Assembly: GCA_030390025.1 (NCBI GenBank)
Contig: CM059431.1
Coordinates: forward strand, 106,580,001 to 106,644,000
Direction of reading: 5' to 3'
DNA length: 64,000 nt
Origin: Squalus acanthias
Lineage: Eukaryota
The notes beneath the pieces are model-generated. The model had not been told where the DNA came from. It searched no databases and saw only the letters and a program-made list of their open reading frames with translations. A program made the position numbers and the translations under genes. Positions 50,989 to 62,232 of this stretch are shown here, one piece after another. Within the stretch, counting starts at the first letter, position 1; every line of letters begins with the position of its first letter.

Positions 50989-52480
50989 TCAAACAGGTGT
51001 ATCTCTCTCCACCTCAGCATAATGCTTCTTCCAAGTCCTTTCATTTCGGAACTGTAGTATTCTGCCCTTTCCCTTGCAGTGAGTGCACAACAGGTACAAC
51101 ACTATTCCCAGTTGGCAAACTACGAGGATGTGGGAAGCCATTCTGACCCATGAAGGGACCTCTATGTTTTCAAAGATGTCCCACCAGGGTGGGACTGTGA
51201 TACCTTGAATCTCTCTCTCTATCTCGTGTGTTTTCTGTTCTAAAGTGTAGAAATGTTTTTGTGATAGCGCTACAGCTTTTAGTAACTTGGTAAGGCGTTC
51301 TGGTAGAGGGGGAATTTCATAGCCAAAATGTGCTACATATTTTTGCAGGTTGGTGAAATTTTGTGTTACAGTGAGGTGAACAGTGGAGGGTTCAGGAATG
51401 GGGACAATCCGTTCCTGGGCCACTTGAACTTCTGCCTCGGGTTTAAAGCAGAAACTGCTGTCACTTACCGGACACCAGGTTTACTGTCCATGCTGGTAGT
51501 GAGGCGCGCTGGTGGTGACACAATATGTCCCACCTCCTATATATGCTATCTGTGGAGGAACATGGTCTTGTGCCATTACCTCCATGGTACAGTTTATAGG
51601 TCGTGCGCCAGCAGCTTTAAACCCGCACTGTGGTTTAGAATAGGCGTTCAAGTGCTGGGGACACAGTATCATGTGTGCTCCCCGGCTACGGCACCCGGAG
51701 AGGTCTGTACCTGTCATAGCGTGCTCCCACTTTATGACATAAGGTGGGACCGCTGTGAAATGGATGTGTGCACCCCCTTGAATGACTCCAATGTTCTCCA
51801 CCCTGTATACCGGTGCGGGTCGGGCTGTCCCACCCATGACCGGCATCCTCACCACTATCCCCATGATAGTGTGATTGGAACACCCACAATCTACTGGTAC
51901 AGGGTAGGCTTCAGAGGCTAGACGGAGCTGACACGGGCTTAGTGAATTCTCAAATGGGTGGAGGGCTGTGAGGTGCTTGTTGCTGATCCAGGAGGGGACT
52001 AAACCTTGCTTTAAATCCTCCAGTTTACTCCGGCCCTCGCCTAGCAACCATGCCCCGTACAGTACGCACACCTCATTCTGTGCAGCCTGGTCTGATGCAT
52101 TCCTGTCCTCCCGTATGAGTGCATTTACTGTCTTTGCGTGCCTTTCCAGCTCAGCAATGATTTTTTCAAAAGGACCATCATAGCTTGGTCCTCGTGTAAC
52201 TCTGAGCCCACTACTGTATTTTCATCCATTAAGATTTTGCATAATTGTGTTTTTAAACCGTTTATTTGTGTCTGCAATTCTATGTCATCCAGACTGTTGA
52301 TGACAGAGGATCCTGTATTTTATGCTGTGAAAACATCATTCCAGGCTCCCCTCAATTGTCTCCCCGTATTGCTAAAATACTCAGTGTGTGCAGTGTACAG
52401 TTCTGTTTTGTCTATGTTTGCGAAATCGAACTCGTAGAACTTCCTGAACATTTCTCTCAACAGGGCCTGGTCGAAATCCC
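50989..52480 (-). pseudogene. env: env-like class I fusion glycoprotein, with stops and frameshifts
   Basis: RQLR|GAWNDVFTA cleavage and fusion-peptide-like segment, heptads, a Cys-rich domain (51481-52071), a second heptad, PWWD and the TM segment ILVVCQLGIVLYLLC. Confidence 0.75.
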
Positions 52481-52712
52481 TTCTGTAAGGAGACACAAGA
52501 GCATATAGCCAGGTCCCGAGTAGATTCTCTGGCTTGGGTGAAGCATAGTCGGGTCTTGCGACCTCAACTCAATACAAACACTCTTGAAACTATAACATTT
52601 AAAACTACCAACCACCTTACTTAAAATTTAACTAAAAACACCCAAACTTAACAATCTCAAAATTTAGCAACAAAAGCTATGTACATTCGCCGCCCGTCTC
52701 CGAGCGGCCAGA

Positions 52713-53579
52713 CTAAACCCTGTACGGGCTGCAGCACACTACTCTCTTTGGTGTGGCCGCCCTGTCCTGTACCTTTGGTCCCTTGCAGCCTATGGCCTCT
52801 GTCCTCAGATCGATCCCTGACTTGAGGGGCGGCCCTTTTAAATTGGGGAGCTGGTGACCACGGTTTCTTTGGCTGTGGCGTACATGGGGAGCTTCTAAGG
52901 GCTCTGGCTGGTGGGGGTTTTCTGGCTGGTGGGTCTTTAACATGAGCCACTGCCCCTGTTGTGTGGTCTGTGAATCTTCCACTACCACTGGCGGGGGATT
53001 TCTATCCTCAGGCTGTACCTCTTCTAAACCTGTGTCAGGGTCAGGTGACTCTTCGCAGCCTGGTGCTGCAGGCTGAGGGTCCTCGCCCTCAGGTCCCACC
53101 TCCTCTAAATCCCAGAGGATTGGGGGAATGTCCCAAACGGTGGGTGGGGTGGCCCCTCCCCTAAGACAGGCCGCCGCCCCTGCTTGTGCAGTCTGTGAAT
53201 TTGGTCCTGCTGCAGGCTGAGGATTTCTATCCTGTTTTAGTTTGGGCAACTCTGCTACCATGGCTTGCAACTGCGGGGTGGTGAATTCCCCCGGGGTTGT
53301 TGAGCAAACCATCCCTCTGGCTTTGAATAGGGCTTGAGTCAGACCTTTTATCCTTTCCTCACAGGGCCCATGGTTTAAATCCTCATACCCCCTGCTCCTG
53401 GCTACCCTGTAGGCTGCCTTTATGTCTCTAAGCTGCCCCTCTAGCCCATCTACTTTCCCCGTTAAGCGGGCGTTCTCCTCCCGTAAGGTCTGCTCATTTA
53501 ACCTGGCCTCCTTACGGGAGGTCTCTTCCTGTGCGTGTCTTTCAAGGGGACACAGGTAGACAGGCTGCGCTGGTTCTAG
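52713..53579 (-). CDS. Open frame continuing gag after TGA-CTAG: Gag-like coiled-coil duplicate plus a Pro/Glu-rich region
   Basis: Manual translation LEPAQPVYLCPLERHAQ...LREENARL...AAYRV...HGPCEERI...KARG continues into ORF 52713-53312 with no stop. Confidence 0.6.
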   Translation of the reverse strand, partial: LEPAQPVYLCPLERHAQEETSRKEARLNEQTLREENARLTGKVDGLEGQLRDIKAAYRVARSRGYEDLNHGPCEERIKGLTQALFKARGMVCSTTPGEFTTPQLQAMVAELPKLKQDRNPQPAAGPNSQTAQAGAAACLRGGATPPTVWDIPPILWDLEEVGPEGEDPQPAAPGCEESPDPDTGLEEVQPEDRNPPPVVVEDSQTTQQGQWLMLKTHQPENPHQPEPLEAPHVRHSQRNRGHQLPNLKGPPLKSGIDLRTEAIGCKGPKVQDRAATPKRVVCCSPYRV

Positions 53580-55405
53580 TCATAGGTCTGGGTTGTATGG
53601 GGCTGATGGGGTCAGAGCACCGGTGGTTGCTGCTACCTTCCCTGGGCCAGTCAATAGGGACCTCATGGCGTCCAACAATGACTCGACCGTGGCGGGAGGG
53701 TTCCCTGTCTCTGCCTTTTGGGCTGGGGCTGAGGAATTATTTCCCTTGTTATCCTTCCAAGGATTCTTATACTCCTTCCTCCAGTGTCCATCCTTCCCAC
53801 ACCCATAACAGTTAAGCTTTGTGCTGGAAGGGTTATTCCCTTCCTGATGCCATTCCTTCCTACTCTGGCTGAGTTTTATTTCATGCACTTTTCCCTTTTG
53901 TGGGGGCTCTTCAGCTCCTCTACAGTTCCGGTAGGCCAGGTTCAGCTGTCTGACCACTGCCTCCTCGGTGACCCGGGGGTCTTTCGGGTCAAACCAAACC
54001 TCAGCCTGGGTTTTGATCCATGGCAAGCTGTTTGCCACTAGGCTACGGAGCCAGTGGGCCAGCTCGTCCCAGTTTAGGTGAGCCCTGTTAAGATCCCCAC
54101 TACAAGCACCCCTGTACATGGGCCACAGCCTGTCAGCGAAAGCCTGTGGGGTCTCTCCTGCGAGCTGCACTGTTTTCTCCACCTGGGAGAAAGGACTTCC
54201 CTCATTCATCACCATGGCCTCTAAAACTTCCTCTCTGATGGCAGCATATCCATTCTGTCCTCTCTTGCTCTCAGCAGAGAGGGACTGGTATCGTCTGCTA
54301 TCCAGTGAGAACAGGAGCATTTTTGCCATCTTGGCATCATCACAGTTGTTGATGCCTGCTGCCTGTTCTACTTCTATGAAGTGAACTGAGGGGTCCCCTT
54401 GTTGGGTGAGTTTACTCAGGTGGCTTACCATAACCCTAAGCTGTTGTGTACCGTGGGGAGCCACGAACTGGTTTTGGAGGGGTCCCCCATCCACGTCATC
54501 AGCGGGTGGGCCAAACCTTTGCTGCCGGGCCGGGCACATCGGCCCCGGTCCCAGCCTCTCTTGCGGGGGTTTTTCCACCTCAGCTTCTGCCCCTAAATCC
54601 ACCCCTTCTTGCCAGACTTCGTTAAAGCTTGGCGCTACGGGTGGTGGTCGTGGGCCCTCCTGCTCCTCAACCGGGTCGTCCCTTGGCACTATCTTTGGTG
54701 TTTGAACTGTTCTCCCCAGGTTCCCTGTAAAGTCGACCTGGGCTGCACTTGGGCTTATGAGGCACGCCACGCCACGCCTCTTGCCTTCCTTAGAGCAAGG
54801 TTGTGAGTCTCTATCTGCTTCTGGCAGGGGCCATGGTCTGCATCCTCAAACCCCTGTGCGCTCATTACCTTATAGGCTGCCTGTAAGCCTTTTACTGTCT
54901 CCTCCTGCTCTCTTACTTGTTTTGCCAGGCGGGCATTCTTTTCCCGCAACCTCAGCTCATTGTTCTTGGCCTCTGTGACCTGACACTGTAAATAATCCTG
55001 CCGGGTCTTATACTCTCCCGCTAACTGCACCCTTTCCTGGTTTAGCGCCTGCAATGCTAACAGTAACTTCTCCCCTGCTAGGGCCTTTGTTTGGACTTCC
55101 AGGGCTGTCTCCCGAATCTCAGCTGCCTGTGCTTCAACGAGTCAGTCCAAAGGTTGGATCTGTTTCTTGAAGCACATCAGCCAGACTGCCTTTTCTAAGG
55201 ATGTTTTATGATCCTTCCCTTCTGTCCATTTAGCTGCTGCATCTACCGGGCGCCCAGTCTTTAACAGATTAGTGACCCACTTCTTTTCCATATTCACTTT
55301 GCTGAATACATAATCTGAAATCCTTTCTTCCATTACAGTTCTCTCTTCCGAATCAGTGTCTACTGCTTCACAACCCTTTTGCCAAGTCCGTGCCACGGTC
55401 GCCAT
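53580..55405 (-). pseudogene. gag: gag-like gene: coiled coil, capsid and zinc knuckle
   Basis: MHR-like QLAGETPQAFADRL and degenerate CCHC CYGCGKDGHWRKEY. One stop at 55142 and a frameshift near 54770. Confidence 0.85.
55385..55404 (-). other. Primer binding site, tRNA-Arg(UCG)-like
   Basis: TGGCGACCGTGGCACGGACT lies 3 nt after the 5' LTR. It resembles the complement of the vertebrate tRNA-Arg(UCG) 3' end (recalled sequence). Confidence 0.7.
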
Positions 55406-55407
55406 TA

Positions 55408-56513
55408 TGTAGGGGGTGGTGGTGGTAGGGGTCAGCCTTACCCCTGACTCAGTGAGCAGTTCGAATCGCTCCCACGCCCTAGGTTCAGACCTTGGACTTA
55501 TTTAGGGGTTGTGAATAAAGATGCAGTAGACAACAGGTTCCGATGAAAGAATTTTGACTTTTATTAACAGAAAAAGGTAACAAACTTAAAACACGCTTAA
55601 CACTTAAACAGGTTGGGGAACACACGGTACAGGCAAGGGAGAAAGACAATATTAAAACAAAACCCTTATCCCTCCCAAAAATCCCACTATCTAGCTAGGT
55701 TTCCGTTTCAGGAGATCAGGGATAATGCTCACCAAACAGGGGTTTTAACAGTGCAAAATCCAACCAGGTAAGTTGATGGTGGTCTGGTCATCGAGTGTCT
55801 TCCTGGAACGTGCTGCTTCTGGAACAGAGCCGAGAGGGAGCTGTGCCAGCGTTGTCAGAGAGTCCGGAGAGAGGGCCTCTTGGGGAATTAGACCCCCCAA
55901 TTATACTTGTTCAGCTCCTTTGTTCTTTTTTTCGCTCCCAGAACCCCTTACTAAAAATGGTTTCATGCTGAAGTGATTTGGTTTCAGTTGAGGCCTGTTC
56001 ATTCCATTGTCTTGGTTTTGCGGGCTTGTTAAGTTTTGATGGGTTTAACTTGGTGTTAAAAATGTTCTGAACTCGCTTCTTACTGAACTGTTGTAACTGC
56101 TTGATGGTCCTTCAATTATGCTAAACCAAATCAAATCCTGGTCATTGTAAGACCTCGTCAACAGTAACGGCTTTTTACTGAGTGTCAAATGACTTGCGTC
56201 CTGTCGATCTGTTGTTTAATCGGAGTTTGCATTGTCCTCATGTTTTGGGTTTCTTGCTGGGATTAGCACTCATATCTTTATGCGTCTCTTTAATGAGTTC
56301 TGTGTGTTGGGTGGGGCGGCCTTCTCCCAGGGCCTATTGTCCAAATGTTAATGTTTGCTGGGGCTTGAATTCCAGCCTTTTAAAATGCCAAAGCTTGGTT
56401 TTGGTCTTAAATTGCCTTATGTTAGGCCCAAATGCATTTTTATCACTCTGGGGGAGTTCCAAAGTCCTTTTTCCTTAGATTTTTAGGGATCTGCAAATTT
56501 TGGAAACTTTACA
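55408..56513 (-). repeat. 5' LTR
   Basis: TG...CA termini, followed by the PBS. Confidence 0.95.
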
Positions 56514-57535
56514 TGCCTAAGAAGAAGATTATCCCGACGCTCGGCCTATTTGTTACCACTTGACCAAGCAGTGGAAAAAAATCTTTCATTGTTTACCTTC
56601 TCAAAATCTTTCATCATTTTGAAAATCTCTGTTAGATCCAATTCTTTGAGCCTTTCTTCTAAACTATAACTTATTCTTTGTATCATTTCTAGTGAATCTC
56701 CATTGTACACCATCATAAATCCTTCCTATAATAGAGTGCCCAGAACTGTGCATAATAATCCAACTGTAGTCCAACCAAAACCTTGTTCAAATTCTGCATG
56801 ACTTCCTTGCTTTTAGATTTAAGGCTCATATACAAAACCTAGAATCGCATTTACCTTTCTATGGGCTTGTCTACCTGTTCTCTCATTTTCAAAGGTCTAA
56901 TAATTTGCACCCCTAGATCACTCTGTCTCTTCATGCTGTTATGAATCTTATTTTTTCTGCATACTTCCTTTCACAAAATCTACTATTTCACATTGCTACC
57001 TTCCTGCCCACACTGCTAATTTTTAATAGCATATACTTTAGCTATTGTAAAAAAAAAAGTCTCATGTGACATCTTATCGAGCAGGTAGAAAAGACTATAA
57101 AAAAGTAAATGGGATTCTCGGTTTTATATATAAGAACCTTAAATCCAAAAGCAAGGATTCTGAAGATCTATATATACACACACACAAAATAAACCACGTT
57201 CTCTTTATCAACTCAAAATGGCTGCTTGTGCTTGTGGGGTCTGGAGTACTTAAACTGACCAGAGATCTACATCATGAGAGTTACCAGCAAATACAAATAC
57301 AACTATACTATACCAAAGGCTTTTAGCCGGACTTAACCCAACTGATGGCCAAACTGTTACACTGGCACCCGCCCCCAGATTCTGCCATTTTCCTGGCAGT
57401 CCTGCCTCCATATCCGACTCCCCAGGGCTGGCAAGATCGCGCCCCTCATCTCTCTCCTGTGACTAAGTCACAAAATATCATAATTGTCCCAGAGAGACCT
57501 GCCAGCCACTTGCCTGTCTTCCTACTTGTAATAAT

Positions 57536-58299
57536 GGGCCAGAAATTCGGCTCTCGTCGGGTGAGTACGCGCTGTGTACTCACCCGTAAGGCGACCTGAA
57601 GTGTCGGTTTTCTGCATGCACTGCGCATGCACGGGAAACCGGAACTTCCGTTCCCCTGAAGGGAGGGGTTCAGAAGTCGAACGCGTGCGTGGGAGAGGCT
57701 GCGTGCACGCAGCGAACTTCGTTTTTTTTTCAGGTTTCGCCGGGAGGGTAAGTATGGAGAAGCTGCGCTTTTAAAAAGGAGGCGCAAAGCCTGTTTTTAA
57801 CAAGGTAAGTGGTGAATTAAGTACAATTTAAACATTTTTTCAACTGGTTTATCTGTTTTAGATACTTTAAAGAAAGGTAAGTTTATTTTTAGCACCGTTA
57901 AAAAGTATAATTAATTTTTTCAAAAATTAAAATTTTTGTTTAAAGTAGTTAATTTATGTAATATATAGTTATTTTAAAAATGTGATGTTTTAAAAAAAAA
58001 ATATTTGAAGTTTAAGTGTGGTTTTGGGGCCGATCTGTATTTATAGATTTGACAGGTCTTCCTGTCAAATCTATGAATGAAAATGCCCTGCTAGGATTGG
58101 CTCTCCATGGCCCACGTGATCCCAGAGGACGCTTCGAACTAACTGCGCCCCTGGGATACGCAAGCACTGCGGGCCGGCAGCTGGAGGAGGCCCAGGAGCC
58201 GAAGTCCTCGTGGGCCCAAAGCACAACTGCAGGCGCGGTGGGCAAGTACGCGCGCGATGCTTGCACCCGCAGGAAGCCGGAAAGCCGAATTTCTGGCCC
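57536..58299. mobile_element. MITE, family A
   Basis: Perfect 17-bp TIR GGGCCAGAAATTCGGCT with TSD AAT. Confidence 0.92.
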
Positions 58300-59429
58300 A
58301 ATTATTAATAGTTGTGACAAAGAAAAACAAATTAGGGGCTTTCTCGACAAATAAATAGATTTCAGAGCACATAGCAAACAACCTCAGATTGGTATTTTAA
58401 AGTTCCATTTCCTAACAACTTTAGGATCAAAGGTAGCAATGACAGAAATGTTTGCCTACTGTGACACTGCTGTATCACTTTGAACAGAAATAGCATGTTA
58501 GAACTAAATAACAACTTATTGAAAGAAATGTGGATGAAAGGCGTTCTGGAGCCTGTTTTCAATGGTAAAATCTTAAAACAGCGTCTTTATTGTGTATGAC
58601 TGTACCATGGCTTACCAGCTTTCACAATGGACATCAAGTAACCATTAAATATTAGTTTAAGTGTCTGTTGAGATACTAATTGTAGCTCTCTTTAATGCTC
58701 TGTTACAGTAAGACTGTTCTTAAGTCACAATTATTTTATTCAGTTGATCGGGAAGCATTAAATTGTTGTGAATTCTGGAAAGGGGAAAGACGTAATCCCA
58801 GTATAAAATAAATTACCGTAAACTGACTTTCTTTAATACCTTCAAGTATAAGTGAAAATCAGACTTGACCAGACTCCGCTCCTAAAAGTCAATTTCCGAG
58901 ATTTTTATTCAACGTCAGGTGAAAGGGTAAGAGCACGGAGGAGTCCAAAGTGAAGCGGAATCCGGAGGATTTGGGCTGTGGGAGTTCCTCTACACTTTGT
59001 GAACTTGGTGTTGAACATGATGCCAAACTCTGCACTCCAGTTCCTACATGACGACTTCTGTGGGCGCCATAATGCCGGAGTGTGTAGGCTCACGCGCACA
59101 ATTCCCGAAACACACGCGGCAGCGTTCAATTCTTGGATTATGGCACTGAATGGGGGAGCCAGGAGTGACGCTCAGGGGTAGAGTTGAGTGTCACTGATTG
59201 TTGCACTGTGAGCGCTGCTCTGAAAATGCTGCGCATGAATTTCAGATGGGTGAACTGTCCGTCACCTGCATCTGCAAGGGATCTTGGATTTATTGGTCGT
59301 ATGCTTCTTTCAGTCTCTATTTCTATCTTTGACCAACTGAAAAGCATTTTAAAAGTACCTATATAATTTGTATTGCACTATGTAATCTGGAATTTCTTAG
59401 TTGCATGTCACAAATAACTGAGCCCCTCA

Positions 59430-59772
59430 ATTTACAGTAGAGGAAGAGGATAGTATGCTGGAAATCCCAAGGAAACTAATATTGATTCAGGGACAGGGAC
59501 TCAATAAAATTAACGTAAGCAAAATAACAGTCATGAAGACAATAATGGCCCTAAAGAGTGACAAATCCTCAGGACCAGATGGTTTCCATTCCAGGGTTTT
59601 AAATGAAGTAGGTGAGCACATTGCAGATGCCCTAACTATAATCTTCTAAAGTTCTCTCGATTCAGGAACCATTCCTATAGATTGGAAAATTGCGCATGTC
59701 ACTCCGTTATTTAAGAATGGTGAGAGAGGGAAACCAGGGAATTTTCGACCAGTTAGCCTAACATCTGTTGTT
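59430..59772 (+). mobile_element. CR1 ORF2 internal fragment
   Basis: LKSDKSSGPDGFHSRVL...DWKIAHVTPLFK...NFRPVSLTS. Confidence 0.85.
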
Positions 59773-60384
59773 CCTATGTTCCTATTTTCCTCAACATCAG
59801 GAATGGTAAATTTTATACTTATGTACAAGGCTAAGAATTACTGTTGCCAATGTATGTCTCTGTCCATTATTTTCATGCAGACAATAACCCACATTAAATG
59901 TTAATCTGCTATTATAGCCAACAGTAGTTTATTGTTGATAGTCCCTTTAAGACTATATCACTAGAGATTTCTCATGTTTTCCAAGCCATGGAGTATTTAA
60001 TAGATCTATATTAATCATATTTTTATTTTTCTGTTATCCAGACAAGATGTTATCTTGGATTATGGCTGAAACTTAGACTTTCCTAACAACAGGGTCAGGG
60101 TCTAAAAGGATTCAGTGAAAGCTTTTGGCTTGAAAGCGAGAGATTGTTGGGCCCGGTTATTTGGACACTGGTGCCTCTGCTTTATAAACAAATCTTTCCA
60201 TTCTCGTCAAAGGTCATCAATTTTGGCATGTTTTACACCAAGCAACATTTTTGAGATTTTTTTTGAAGACACTAATTTTCCAAACTGTCAAACAATATAG
60301 AATGTGAAACAAATCACAACTCACATTTTCAGAGATTGCATTTGAAAATGTTTATAGAGTCAGCTAGCTGATTAAAGAGAGAAA

Positions 60385-60610
60385 AACTTACATTTCTATA
60401 GCGCCTTTCTCAACCTCAAGACATCCCAAAGCGCTTTACAGCCAATGAAGTGCTTTTGAAGTGCGGTCACTGTCGTAATGTAGGAAACGCAGCAGCCAGT
60501 TTACACACAGCAAGCTCCCACAAACAGCAATGTGACAATGACCAGGTAATCTGTTTTAGTGATGGTGGTTGAGGGATAAATATTGGTCAGGACACCAGGG
60601 AGAACCCCCT
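60385..60610 (-). mobile_element. DeuSINE 3' half
   Basis: Reverse complement of the Deu domain and tail. Confidence 0.85.
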
Positions 60611-60914
60611 TGTTTAATAGGGAATTTGTAATTAGCAAGTCAGAAATTCCAACAAGGGCTTAAGTTGTACTATCAGTACCCAATAAATGGAATGTGGGAC
60701 GGCTGTGAATTAGTACGATTATAATATAAGGTAAATTTGGCGAGGACTTGCATGCATATTGAAAACTCATCGACACACTGCCCAAGGTTATCCAATATTT
60801 GTTGGCTATGTGCGTGGCCCCATTGATGGGCAGGGTCTTTCAAAATTGACCTTTATATATCAAGCTCTTCTCTGCTTTAGAATTTATTTTAGAACTGCAA
60901 AATAATTTTACAAA

Positions 60915-62232
60915 AGCAAAATACTGCAGATGCTGAAAATCTGAAATAAAAACAGAAAATTCTAGAAATAATCAGCAGGTCAGGCAGCATCTGTAGAGAG
61001 AGAAACAGAGTTAACGTTTCAGGTCAATGACCCTTTGTCAGAACTGGAAAAAATTGGAGATGTAAAAGGTTTTTAACCAAGTGTAGGGACAGGGAGAGGG
61101 GGAGGAGAGGAAAGAACAAAAGGGAAGGGCTGTGATAGGATAGAAGACAGGAGAGATTAAGAGACAAAAGGGATGATGGTGCAAGGCAAAAGGAGAGGGT
61201 AATGGGACAAGTTAAGAAACAAAAGATGAGTCTAGATGAAGTGTAAATGGGAATGGCAGGATGATCGACAGCTGCCATGTGAAAAAAAATAGGGGCAGAG
61301 GTTATGGACTGAAATTGTTGAAATCGATGTTGAGTCCAGAAGGCTGTAAAGTGCCTAATAGGCAGATGAGGTGCTGTTCCTCGAGCTTATGTTGAGCTTC
61401 ATTGGAACAGTGCAAGAGGCCGAGGATGGAGAGGTCAGAGTGGGAGTGGAGCAGAGAATTAAAGTCACAGGCGACCGGAAGCTCGGGGTCACCCTTACGA
61501 ACTGAACGGAGGTGTTCCGCAAAGCGGTCACCCAATCTGCGTTTGTTCTCCCCAATGTAGAGAAGACCACATCGTGAGCAGCGAATACAGTATACTAAAT
61601 TGCAAGAAGTACAAGTAAATCACTGTTTCACCTGGAAGGAGTGTTTGGGGCCCTGGACAGTGGGAAAGGAGGAGGTAAAAGGGCAGGTGTTGCATCTCCT
61701 GCGTTTGCACGGGAAGGTGCCGGGCGAAGGGGAAGGGGTGCTGGGGGTGACAGAGGAGTGGACCAGGGTGTCATGGAGGGAGTGGTCCCTTTGGAATGCT
61801 GACAGGGGAGGTGAGGGGAAGATGTGTTTGGTGGTGGGATCACGCTGGAGGTGGCGAAAATGGCGGAGGATGATCCGTTGAATGTGGAGGCTGGTGGGCT
61901 GAAAGGTGAGGATAAGGGGAACCCTATCGTGGTTCCAGGAGGGAGGGGAAGGGGTGAGAGCAGAAGTGCAGGAAATAGAACAGACACAGTCAAGAGCTGT
62001 GTCAACCATGGTAGAGAGGAATCCTTGGTTGAGTAAAAAGGAAGACATGTCGGAAACACTAGTATGGAAGGTTGCATCGTCAGAGCAGATGCATCGGAGA
62101 CGGAGAAACTGGGAGATTGGAATAGAGTCCTTACAGGAAGCGGGGTGGGAGGAAGTGTAGTCCAGGTAGCTGTGGGAGTCAGTGGGCTTATTGTGAATGT
62201 TTGTCAATAGCCTATCCCCAGAGATGGAGACA
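60915..62232 (-). mobile_element. Penelope-like element (RT C-terminus + GIY-YIG), frameshifted
   Basis: KPTDSHSYLDYTSSHP...SQFLRLRCICS, CKRRRCNTC and YIGE..RFAEH. A degenerate hammerhead motif lies at 61009-61045. Confidence 0.9.

Larger units (their letters stand above)
49599..56513 (-). mobile_element. Endogenous retrovirus-like LTR element (gag + env, no pol); possibly lokiretrovirus-like
   Basis: LTRs at 49599-50699 and 55408-56513, TSD TGCC (49595-49598, 56514-56517), plus a PBS and a PPT. Confidence 0.92.
48713..56526 (+). mobile_element. RTE LINE 3' part (48713-49598 plus tail 56518-56526), interrupted by the LTR element
   Basis: VDHFPYLGS and CPICDRDC..HIGLISH zinc finger. Flanked by an 85-bp direct repeat. 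Confidence 0.9.
48410..57000 (-). mobile_element. Old CR1 fragment acting as host (pieces ~48410-48712 and 56527-~57000)
   Basis: Decayed CR1 RT and 3' sequence continues across the nested insertions. Confidence 0.55.

Noticed and set aside
53580..54770. Domesticated gag gene (Arc/PNMA-like)
   Set aside because: It still lies between LTRs with a TSD, has an upstream stop and frameshift, and has a mutated zinc knuckle.
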